Positions 47,395 to 55,964 of a stretch of 64,000 nucleotides of DNA are shown here, piece after piece (the first letter of the stretch is position 1; the number at the start of each line of letters is the position of its first letter). A model generated the notes under the pieces. It ran no database searches. It saw only the letters and a program-made list of their open reading frames with translations, and had not been told where the DNA came from. The stretch covers positions 16,012 to 80,011 of the IMG/VR virus record IMGVR_UViG_3300028569_000028; one strand, written 5' to 3'. The translations under genes were made by a program, and so were the position numbers. The DNA is from a virus.

Positions 47395-50300
47395 TTAATT
47401 CCTTCCACCAATATTAGTTTTTGTAATTGAAAATTGGTTCCATATGTTATTAGAAATTAAAGCTACCGCTCCTGAATTATTATGAAAAGTAGACATACTA
47501 AGGATATCATTCTTCTTTAAATAAATTATATCAGAATTTCCTCCTCCTACATTTGTAGTACCCGCTACTATAGATCGACGAGTACTCACTACTACTCCAT
47601 TCTTTACAAAACTCACGTCCACAACTAATCCAGTAGTCCAAGAAGTACTGGCATACAATATATTACCATTTACTTGATAATATCCGGCTTCTGGTGCAGT
47701 AAATACTCCAGTCGCATTATTCAAACTTGCATTCGTATCAAAAGATTTAGCTGAGTCATACGTAATAGTCGTTGGAGTAGATGCTGGAATACTTTGTCCA
47801 CTACTTTGAACGCCTCTCGCACTTACACGCTCAATATTCATGCCAGTTAAAGCTGGATTCTTGCTTGCGTTGATTACGAGGTAGCCGGAAGTTTGTGTTG
47901 AAATATCATCGAAATAGAATCGACTATCTGTATAAGTTGTATTGGCTACAGCTCCTGCATCGACTATCAAAACCCCTGTTACTTCATTATAAGAGTTAAT
48001 TAAAGTTCCGCGTGAGGAAACTGTCGTGTCTGTCCAATAATCTAAGTTACCGGAAACACCTTTACCGACTGATTTGTATAGTTGACGTGATACACCCTTC
48101 AAGCCCTTCCCAATCTGCACCGCAAAAGCTGCTGGGTTTCCTGCTGTACTTGGAGCGTTAAAAGCTCTTGTGTAAATCAACATTCCATTAGCATTCATAT
48201 CCGCATCAGTTTGCGTTGGTCTGTTAGTCAGCGTTGTCTGAGTTCTTGTATTTGTATTCGCTGCGTAAGTGAATGTAATGTAAGTTCCTACAGGAGCGTT
48301 AGCTAAAGTGCTAAGCGTGTAAGTTGCTGCATTAGCGTAGGTTAGAGGAGCTGTGTCTGTGCTGAATGTTTCTGGAGCTGTGAGGATTTGGTCGGAGAGT
48401 GCTGTAGCTAATACCGATACATATTGAGCATTTGAACTATTAGCTGTCACAAATCCATAAAAACTTTCACCAACATTTAATATTCTAGAGGTTGATGTTG
48501 AACTATAAAAACCTGCAGTTGCTATACCAGTTGATCTAGCTACTTCTGATCCATTAATATAAATAGCAGCCATCGAAGATGCGGCTGTATTTGCATTAAT
48601 TGATACATTTATATCAACTGCTGCTCTCTTCAACATAGTATAAATACCAGTTGAACTATCATAACTATAAATACCATTATTCGTATTAGAAGTTAATGCT
48701 CCGCTAATTCTTGTATTTCCAGCAAATGTGGCGAGGCTATTTAAAAAACTACTCTGGCTAACTGGCTGTGGCACATTAACAAAAGGAGTTACATTCACGC
48801 CAGTTACATTAGGCTTGCCGACTTTTGACATTGTGAAAGAAGCAAAAGCTGCGTTACTAGAAGGTATTCCTTGGGTGTGGGCACGAATAACATCTCCCAC
48901 AGCTAAATAACCTTGCCACGATACACAAGTTCTAGCGTTTGCTGTATAAATATCAGATATAGCTAATCTATTAATAGACGCAAGAGAAGAAAGAGCTAAA
49001 GTTAAATCCGGTGCATTTTTTGATAACCCCACTACAGTTGCGGCATTTGCATCATCAGAATAACTAATATCATAAACTCCAGCACTTTTAACCGTAAAAC
49101 TCGCACCATTCGTAGCATTGTCTAAATATTCAACATCCACTCCAATACTATCGCGAACGCTACTGAATCTACGAATCTTAGTTCCAGCAGAGCCGTAGCC
49201 ATTTGCTGTGTCAACTCTTACCGAGCTATCGCTTTCAGAAAACTGGGGAAGTGTGTTTGTTACAGAAACGGAAATGTCTTGTTCTTGGAAGCTTAATACA
49301 AGCATTCCGTAAGTTGGGGTAGCATTTAAAGCTACACGGATTACATCTCCAACAGCAACATCAGTTTCGCAATTTATTGAAGCGTATGTTCCGGCAACAA
49401 TGCCGTCAGCAGCTATAAGCTCAGAGTTTGTCCCAATTGTTGTGAGTGGTGTTCCTTGATTCTTTGTAATTGTTACAATAGATGCAGAGGATGATGAAAC
49501 TGAAGCACTTGCGTTAAGCTTCCCAGCTTTCTTCATCGTAATTCTTGTACCAAGAACGCTGTCGCTCTCCACAGTAAAAGCATCTCCACGAAGCTTAGCT
49601 TGTGTGTCAAACTTAACAATAGCTGTGGCTGTGCTACCTCTGCTGCTGGCTCCTTCAAAGCGTAGCTCAGAAGTTGGAATTGTAATTTTCTGGTCTGGGG
49701 AAACAGACACTTGCTTTAGGGAGCCTTGTTTCGTCATCGAGAACTCTGTTCTTCCGACTGCCCCAGTTGTTGCATTTTCTACATGTGCTCGAACTATGTC
49801 ACCAGCATTCAAGTATCCTGTCCATGAAACACTCTGGGGCTGATCGCTTGGTATATAAGTTGAAGCTAGTCTATTAGCATCACTAATAGATACAATACCC
49901 GTAGTAAGAGAAGGAGAATTTAAACTTAATCCAGTCCATCCCCCAGAAGCATTTCTTGTATCGGTAAAAGATATATTATAGATACCAGCGGTAACGGCTG
50001 TAAAACTTGCTCCATTTGTTGCAGAATCTTGATATAGAATATCCGAGCCAATACTACTTCTAATATTACTAAATCTTCTAATTACAGTTCCAGAAGAGCC
50101 AAACCCATTCGCAGTATCTAAGCGAATAGCTGAGTCAGCTTCCTGCACAAGCCCACTCTGAGTCAATGGAATGGTTAATGTTTGAGCGTTACCTGTAAGT
50201 TCCACAACAGTTTCAAGAAGCGAAGTAACAGCAAGTTCAGCAATTACATCGTCAATGCGAGTAACTGGAGACCCAGACTGAGGAAGAGCTGTAATTGTAT

Positions 50301-50850
50301 AAGAAATGCTTGCGCATGTTGCTGGAATAGTAAAGCCGACTTGACTAATTGCGCCTGAAACGTCATTAGCCAACTGAAGCTGCTCAGAAGCAACAATGTT
50401 AGCTGCGTTTGTTTCATCATAAATCTTAATTGTAACGTTACCAGCAGAAGCACTTGACTTACAGTTTAAGCGAAGAGTCATTGACTCGCCACGGAACTTT
50501 CTATCAACTGGAATAACTTGTTTAAAGCTTTGGTTAACGGCTGCTTGGTGCGTTAAAAGAGCAGAAACTTTTCCATGTAGTGGATCAGTTTGTGAAAGTG
50601 TAAGTCCTGTCTGGGTAAAACTTGCAAGAGAAGCTGACTCAAAATCTTGTACAAAGAATATGTCTGTTCCACCAACTCCACCGCCAGAACCAACTTCAAC
50701 CCAAGAGGATGAATTAGCGTCATAGCGTTTGATTTTGTTACTGTCATTAATGTCGCAAGCTAAGTCGCCAGCTTCTGGACTGACTAACGTTGCTAAGTCT
50801 TTTGGTGTCAAGACCAACGAATTTTTAATTTTAAAGCTGTTACTAGCCAT
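47395..50850 (-). CDS. fibre/receptor-binding protein with tandem C1q/TNF-like beta-sandwich repeats
   Basis: DTANGFGSSGTVIRRFS / DTANGYGSAGTKIRRFS repeats; FTAPEAGYYQV; start probably ATG 50850. Confidence 0.7.
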   Translation of the reverse strand: MASNSFKIKNSLVLTPKDLATLVSPEAGDLACDINDSNKIKRYDANSSSWVEVGSGGGVGGTDIFFVQDFESASLASFTQTGLTLSQTDPLHGKVSALLTHQAAVNQSFKQVIPVDRKFRGESMTLRLNCKSSASAGNVTIKIYDETNAANIVASEQLQLANDVSGAISQVGFTIPATCASISYTITALPQSGSPVTRIDDVIAELAVTSLLETVVELTGNAQTLTIPLTQSGLVQEADSAIRLDTANGFGSSGTVIRRFSNIRSSIGSDILYQDSATNGASFTAVTAGIYNISFTDTRNASGGWTGLSLNSPSLTTGIVSISDANRLASTYIPSDQPQSVSWTGYLNAGDIVRAHVENATTGAVGRTEFSMTKQGSLKQVSVSPDQKITIPTSELRFEGASSRGSTATAIVKFDTQAKLRGDAFTVESDSVLGTRITMKKAGKLNASASVSSSSASIVTITKNQGTPLTTIGTNSELIAADGIVAGTYASINCETDVAVGDVIRVALNATPTYGMLVLSFQEQDISVSVTNTLPQFSESDSSVRVDTANGYGSAGTKIRRFSSVRDSIGVDVEYLDNATNGASFTVKSAGVYDISYSDDANAATVVGLSKNAPDLTLALSSLASINRLAISDIYTANARTCVSWQGYLAVGDVIRAHTQGIPSSNAAFASFTMSKVGKPNVTGVNVTPFVNVPQPVSQSSFLNSLATFAGNTRISGALTSNTNNGIYSYDSSTGIYTMLKRAAVDINVSINANTAASSMAAIYINGSEVARSTGIATAGFYSSTSTSRILNVGESFYGFVTANSSNAQYVSVLATALSDQILTAPETFSTDTAPLTYANAATYTLSTLANAPVGTYITFTYAANTNTRTQTTLTNRPTQTDADMNANGMLIYTRAFNAPSTAGNPAAFAVQIGKGLKGVSRQLYKSVGKGVSGNLDYWTDTTVSSRGTLINSYNEVTGVLIVDAGAVANTTYTDSRFYFDDISTQTSGYLVINASKNPALTGMNIERVSARGVQSSGQSIPASTPTTITYDSAKSFDTNASLNNATGVFTAPEAGYYQVNGNILYASTSWTTGLVVDVSFVKNGVVVSTRRSIVAGTTNVGGGNSDIIYLKKNDILSMSTFHNNSGAVALISNNIWNQFSITKTNIGGRN

Positions 50851-50900
50851 GGATTCTCCTTCCTTTTTTCCAGAGGGCAAAAACTATTTTTGCCTCATGT

Positions 50901-50910
50901 TATAAGGGGG
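50901..50910 (-). promoter_or_regulatory. late promoter motif variant CCCCCTTATA
   Basis: One mismatch, intergenic. Confidence 0.65.
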
Positions 50911-50912
50911 TT

Positions 50913-52118
50913 TTACACCCCAAAAGTTTTAATTAAACTATATTTTAAAGTACCTACATAATTGGGATTTGAGTTAACTGGGTCTAAATCAGAACTGGTA
51001 TATTTTACTTGTCCTGAAGTATCATCGACTTCAAAAGTAACACCAGAATCTTGTCCAGCAAAATCATCTGATAAAAGCCACTTAGCTTCTTGTGTATTAT
51101 AAACAAATCTTAGTTGACCCATTTGAGCACGAGCAGAACCGAGAGTGTCGGTTTGTCTGTAAATGGAGTATTCAATTTTAACGCCACGAAATAAAGCAGG
51201 GTTAAAAATAAGACCTGTAATGTTTGCTAGGGCAGACTGATTATTGGCAATGCTAAAAGATGTTTGAGAAACAATAATTGCAGCTGGAAGAGCGTCAACA
51301 TAAGTTTTAACAGCAAGAGCTGAAGGAATTTGTGTGTCAGAAGCTCCAGACAAGCTTGTGCTAGTATTTAACACACCAGCTTTTAGATTGTCAGTTTCCA
51401 AATTGGAAATTGTATTATTATCTGCATCAATAGTTTTTGTTGTAAGAGTTTGGTTGTCGGTTGTTCCAACAACGCTACCAGTAACACCGTGAACGCCACT
51501 GGAAGCTCCTGTGTGCGTTGTTAATGCAAAACTTGTGGCTCTGGTATCAACGTCTGTTTGAAGCTCGTTTAAAGCTCCCTGAACGTCTGTAGCAACTAAG
51601 TTTCCAGATGGAATGCTTGAAATTGCAGATGCATCATGGGCATCGACTAACTGAGAAATGTGTCCAGATAGAGTTCCTTCAGCAGTTTGTAAGCGACCTT
51701 CAACTTCATCAATAGCTGTTTGTACATTTGTAGCAACAAGACCAGAAATTGCATTGCTATAAGAAATTTCAGAGGCTTGATCTTTTGAAGCAACTTGTGC
51801 GTCAACGTAAGTTTTAACAGCTTTTTGAGAAGCAAGTTTTGTATCAGAGTTGGCAGCTAAAGTTCCATCTAGGTCAATTGCTGTTCCAGAAACTCCCGTG
51901 TTAATTACTGGGGAGGTTACAGTTTTATTTGTTAATTCCTGAGTTTGTGAGCTGGTGATGATTTCTCTAGCAGCTGAAGGATTAGCTCCATCTTTTAGCG
52001 TAGTTTGAATTTTACCTGTGGCAGAATCTACTTTAAATTCCCCCTCAAGTCCATCCAAAGCAATGCTATCTGGCGCAATGATAATGCCTTTAACAAAACG
52101 TGTTTTTTTAAGCGACAT
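50913..52118 (-). CDS. fibre/virion protein
   Basis: ATNVQTAIDE and SQKAVKTYVD repeats; C-terminal domain shared with 42283 and 52128. Confidence 0.7.
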   Translation of the reverse strand: MSLKKTRFVKGIIIAPDSIALDGLEGEFKVDSATGKIQTTLKDGANPSAAREIITSSQTQELTNKTVTSPVINTGVSGTAIDLDGTLAANSDTKLASQKAVKTYVDAQVASKDQASEISYSNAISGLVATNVQTAIDEVEGRLQTAEGTLSGHISQLVDAHDASAISSIPSGNLVATDVQGALNELQTDVDTRATSFALTTHTGASSGVHGVTGSVVGTTDNQTLTTKTIDADNNTISNLETDNLKAGVLNTSTSLSGASDTQIPSALAVKTYVDALPAAIIVSQTSFSIANNQSALANITGLIFNPALFRGVKIEYSIYRQTDTLGSARAQMGQLRFVYNTQEAKWLLSDDFAGQDSGVTFEVDDTSGQVKYTSSDLDPVNSNPNYVGTLKYSLIKTFGV

Positions 52119-52127
52119 TTATAACCT

Positions 52128-52640
52128 CTAATTATTAATTACTTTAGCTTCGTAAACTATTGATAAGTTTTTGTTGGTTGCTCCAACTGGGAAGGCTTGT
52201 GTTGATTGGTAAAGCACTTGTCCTGAAGAATTGATAGTAAGAAGAACTCCAGCATCGCCTGTTGTGCGAATAGAAATTCCCCACTGTGAACCATTAAAGA
52301 AACCCTCAATAAAACCAACTTCCATACTAACAATGTTAACTGGAAGAGATGTTAAAGGATCAATAATAGTGTAAGATCTATTAAATAAATACTTAGCTTC
52401 AATTGCAATAACTTCTGCAACAGAAAAACTAAAGCCCGGGACAGCTTCTGGAGTATTAAGGGCAATGTCTGAATTAAGGGAAATTTCTGAAGTTGTTGGA
52501 ATATCATTTGGCTTTTGAACCGTTTCAAGAGCAGTAGAAACAGATTCAGCCCAATCGGTTATTTCAGAACCATACCCAGCATTTTCGCCAGATAAGGGGA
52601 ATTCAAATTCTTCATTCCCTACCGTTAATATCTTAGGCAT
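52128..52640 (-). CDS. virion structural protein
   Basis: Shares the GDAGV...GQV.Y domain with fibre proteins. Confidence 0.6.
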   Translation of the reverse strand: MPKILTVGNEEFEFPLSGENAGYGSEITDWAESVSTALETVQKPNDIPTTSEISLNSDIALNTPEAVPGFSFSVAEVIAIEAKYLFNRSYTIIDPLTSLPVNIVSMEVGFIEGFFNGSQWGISIRTTGDAGVLLTINSSGQVLYQSTQAFPVGATNKNLSIVYEAKVINN

Positions 52641-52670
52641 TAGCTTCCTCGTTTTAAAGATTACCTGTAA

Positions 52671-52680
52671 TATAAGGGTG
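52671..52680 (-). promoter_or_regulatory. late promoter motif CACCCTTATA
   Basis: Exact intergenic copy. Confidence 0.8.
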
Positions 52681-52726
52681 TTATTTAAGATTTTTGTAAG
52701 TCATTAATTTTTAACATAGGGGAAAT

Positions 52727-52751
52727 AAAAAAGCCCCCAGAAAGGGGGCTT
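52727..52751 (-). terminator. terminator after major capsid gene
   Basis: AAGCCCCC-TTTCT-GGGGGCTT followed by T-run. Confidence 0.85.
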
Positions 52752-52778
52752 CTTGCATTGAACAAATGCTTGAAAAAA

Positions 52779-54050
52779 TTAAGCTTGAGATGTCTTGATG
52801 TATTTAAGTACAGCCATTTTACCCGGAGCTGAAGTGAAAAGAGCTTGGTCAGAATAAGCACGAAGCTCGTAACCGTTAGCAGATTCCATTTCTTTGAAGA
52901 ACTTGCCCGGAAATCCCGGACGTTCAAACGTAATGTCTGAAGAACCGATACGCTCAAGTTCAGCTGGTGGGAAGATATAAGCGAAACCTTCTTTCACGAA
53001 AAGTGAAGCGTGGATTTCGATTTTACCGTTCTGACCGTAGAATACTAGAGACTTAGAACCGTTTTCCATTTTTTCAGAAGAGTAAGAGCTGTCGTATTGA
53101 CGCTTAGCAGCTTGGTCAGTCATTAACTTGTTCCAGTGCTTAGGGTTAACAAGACATACTACGTCTTCTTCTGTAAGACCTTTTTCCATACAAAGAGCAA
53201 TTGACTCTTCAACTTTCTCAAAAGAAATGAAAGCAGAACCAGCGTGAGCATTAGTTCCAACAAGAACTTCATTACCTTTGAAAAGATCAAACTCAGAAGC
53301 ATCAATGTTGAAGATTGTGCTTGTGTTTGTAATGATCTTGTGAAGACCAGCAAATTCTTTATTATAAGAACCTTTGAAGTAAATAACATCAGAAGCAACG
53401 TTTTCTGGGTCAATGTTACCAGAAACACCAGCAGGTACTACGTCAACTTCAATTGTTTTACCGCTAAGGCTTGGCTTAACTACGTTACAAACACCGCGAA
53501 GTGTTGAACCAGTAGAAGAGCGGATTTCAAGAGCAGCATTCTTAGAACCAGACCAGATACCAGCAGCCCACTCTGCATCGCAGATAGAGATGATGTTACC
53601 AGCTACAGACTTAACTCTAGCGATACCAGACTGACCGTACATAAGTTGAACTTCCATACGGATCTGAGTAGACTTAAGCATGTTCTGAACAAGACGCTTA
53701 GTTTCTTGCTCGAAAGCACCTTTAGAAGAAATTGAACGAGAAGCAGCACCAACTGAAATAGCTGATACTAGAACTAGCTCGTGACCTTTAACCTGAGCAT
53801 CTCTGTTTGGAGAAGCTACAGCAGCGTTAAGTAGGAACGCTTCACCAGCAGATCCACCATAAGTGAAACCATGCTCAAGACCAAGAACAACTGGCTGGTG
53901 GTAGAGATTACCAAGAAGTTTTTCAGCTGCTGAAAACTCAGCAAGCTTAAGCATTTTCATGCCTTCTGGAACTAGATCTCTGATTTTAGATGCATATACT
54001 TCTTTAAAATGACCGTCAAGTGTTGCAACGGTATTGGCTTGTTGTGCCAT
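52779..54050 (-). CDS. major capsid protein
   Basis: 423 aa, follows portal and scaffold, strong terminator; LDGHFKEVY, QLMYGQSG, FAGLHKII. Confidence 0.85.
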   Translation of the reverse strand: MAQQANTVATLDGHFKEVYASKIRDLVPEGMKMLKLAEFSAAEKLLGNLYHQPVVLGLEHGFTYGGSAGEAFLLNAAVASPNRDAQVKGHELVLVSAISVGAASRSISSKGAFEQETKRLVQNMLKSTQIRMEVQLMYGQSGIARVKSVAGNIISICDAEWAAGIWSGSKNAALEIRSSTGSTLRGVCNVVKPSLSGKTIEVDVVPAGVSGNIDPENVASDVIYFKGSYNKEFAGLHKIITNTSTIFNIDASEFDLFKGNEVLVGTNAHAGSAFISFEKVEESIALCMEKGLTEEDVVCLVNPKHWNKLMTDQAAKRQYDSSYSSEKMENGSKSLVFYGQNGKIEIHASLFVKEGFAYIFPPAELERIGSSDITFERPGFPGKFFKEMESANGYELRAYSDQALFTSAPGKMAVLKYIKTSQA

Positions 54051-54088
54051 AGTTTTTTTCCTTTGTTTGTATCTTAGATACGTTTAGT

Positions 54089-54370
54089 TTATTTAAGTTT
54101 AATTACAATGTCAACGATGTCAGTAGCAGCAAGAGCAACATCAGTAAGCGTCAGGTTTGATCCTGAGATTGCTGGTGTAAGAGCAGTTGCATCTGTAAGG
54201 TTTCTTGCTACAAGAACATCTGATGCTTCGATAGCGTCAGCACTAAGATCCGCAAGCGGAATAGTGAGAACGTTAGCAGCTACAGAACCGATTTCTTGAG
54301 CACGAGCCGTAAGACGAACTGTCTTGATCATAAGATCTTGAAGTTCTTGGCTTTTAACTTGGTATTTCAT
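54089..54370 (-). CDS. small capsid-associated protein
   Basis: Between scaffold and MCP, GGAG SD. Confidence 0.6.
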   Translation of the reverse strand: MKYQVKSQELQDLMIKTVRLTARAQEIGSVAANVLTIPLADLSADAIEASDVLVARNLTDATALTPAISGSNLTLTDVALAATDIVDIVIKLK

Positions 54371-54425
54371 GTTTTTCTCCGTTTGTTTATATATAACTAC
54401 TAGTAATTCTTTCCTTACTTGCTTA

Positions 54426-54448
54426 TCTAAAGTCCGAGGATATTTAGA
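54426..54448 (-). promoter_or_regulatory. leader hairpin (UA/C internal-loop motif)
   Basis: UCUAAA-UA-UCCUCGGA-C-UUUAGA. Confidence 0.5.
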
Positions 54449-54482
54449 GGCATTTTCAATACTTAACTCACTTTCATCACTA

Positions 54483-54492
54483 CATAAGGGTG
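54483..54492 (-). promoter_or_regulatory. late promoter motif variant CACCCTTATG
   Basis: One mismatch, upstream of the capsid unit. Confidence 0.7.
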
Positions 54493-54543
54493 TTATTTGT
54501 TATAAATTTAGCCTATAACACCCTTTCTAATAAATTCAAATAC

Positions 54544-55506
54544 TTACTTCTTTTTTGATCCTAACTGGCGGAAGAAGTCCCGCTGTTTCATTGGTACACG
54601 TTTCTGATCATCTGGCTTTTGAATAGACCCGGCTGTAGGCTTAATTGAGTTTGCTGTTTTTCCATTAGCAGTACTCATAGCATTAAGTCGTTTAGCTCGT
54701 AATCTTTCAATATTACGCTGACCAATAAGTTGTTCAAGAACATCTTCAGGAGAATCATCCATAAGACGACTCATTTCTTCACGCCACTCTTTTTCTACTA
54801 GCGGCATTACGTCTTCTGCTGACACATTATCAAAACCGTTACCCATAGCCCAAAGCATAGAATCAGCAATTCTTTTAACAATATGGCGAGACTTTGGCAG
54901 AGTTTTATGTGCATCAAGAGCTTGCTCAATTTCATTTTCAATTTGAGTAGCAGCTTGTTCTTTAAGCTTTTCAAATTGCTCAGACTCGCGCTCAGCTTTA
55001 AGCTTATTAGCTTCTTCTCTAGCAGAACGAAGTTCTTCTTGAATTTTTTCACGCTCTACTTGCTCTGGAGATTTTTTCATTTGATCGATACGTTGTTGAA
55101 TACGCATCTCAGATAGTTGATCTGGATCAAGCCCCATCTCAGCTAAGACACTAAATGGATCTTGTCTAAGACGATTAACTTCAGATTCATATAGTTTTTT
55201 AAGATTAGCAGATTCTTGCATTGCACTACGAGCAGCCGCTGAAAGCTGTAGCTCATTTCTTAGAGCATTTTCATCAGAAAGGTCAATACGCTTATTAACC
55301 ATTTTTCCATTTACTTTTAACTGGAAATCTCTAATAAGACTTTTAACTTCTTTTTCTGACGCACCACTAGCAATAGCATCTTCTACAACTTCTTGTAGAG
55401 CAGATTCACCAGCTGACTCAACTTGTTCTGAAGATTCTTGAGACTGGGACGAGCCTTCCTGAGACGATTCTTCTGACGCTTCGATGGAAGAGTTTTCTTC
55501 TGACAT
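54544..55506 (-). CDS. capsid scaffolding protein
   Basis: Acidic N-terminus, LKVNGK motif, coiled coil; between portal and MCP. Confidence 0.75.
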   Translation of the reverse strand: MSEENSSIEASEESSQEGSSQSQESSEQVESAGESALQEVVEDAIASGASEKEVKSLIRDFQLKVNGKMVNKRIDLSDENALRNELQLSAAARSAMQESANLKKLYESEVNRLRQDPFSVLAEMGLDPDQLSEMRIQQRIDQMKKSPEQVEREKIQEELRSAREEANKLKAERESEQFEKLKEQAATQIENEIEQALDAHKTLPKSRHIVKRIADSMLWAMGNGFDNVSAEDVMPLVEKEWREEMSRLMDDSPEDVLEQLIGQRNIERLRAKRLNAMSTANGKTANSIKPTAGSIQKPDDQKRVPMKQRDFFRQLGSKKK

Positions 55507-55544
55507 AAATTTTCCTTTTTTGGCTGTTTGTATGAGCCATAAAT

Positions 55545-55569
55545 GACTGTCCCATTATTGGGATAAGTC
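55545..55569 (-). promoter_or_regulatory. leader hairpin (UA/C internal-loop motif)
   Basis: GACU-UA-UCCCA-AUAA-UGGGA-C-AGUC. Confidence 0.5.
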
Positions 55570-55593
55570 TATGAAACTTTCTTTTTTAGCTTT

Positions 55594-55788
55594 TCAAATG
55601 CCATCTTTCTTTTTCTTTAGCTTTTCAGCTTCTTCTGTAGCAACTTCTGCTGCAGTTTTATTATTAGTAATTCGGTCCATAAATCCACTAAATCGAGAAG
55701 GCTTTGTTTCTTCTTGTTCTTCTTCTTCACCTTCCCAGAACGGCTTGTATCCTGCAGGTCTTCTAGCTTTTTTATTAGCGTCATTCAT
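55594..55788 (-). CDS. small late protein
   Basis: ATGA coupling with upstream ORF. Confidence 0.6.
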   Translation of the reverse strand: MNDANKKARRPAGYKPFWEGEEEEQEETKPSRFSGFMDRITNNKTAAEVATEEAEKLKKKKDGI

Positions 55789-55955
55789 TTTTTTCCACTC
55801 ATTTTTTCTTTAAGTTTAGCGAAGCGTTTTTTACCAACATTACCTTTGGTAAATTCTTTAGCAACTTCTGGCTCAATTCCAACTTTCTCAGCAAACTCAG
55901 GATTATTCTCAGCTGCCTTCATGAACTTAAATTGTTTCTTACTGGATGCCGGCAT
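55785..55955 (-). CDS. 56-aa late protein (absent from ORF track)
   Basis: MPASSKKQFKFMKAAENNPEFAEKVGIEPEVAKEF...; AAGGA SD. Confidence 0.7.
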   Translation of the reverse strand: MPASSKKQFKFMKAAENNPEFAEKVGIEPEVAKEFTKGNVGKKRFAKLKEKMSGKK

Positions 55956-55964
55956 AAAATTTCC

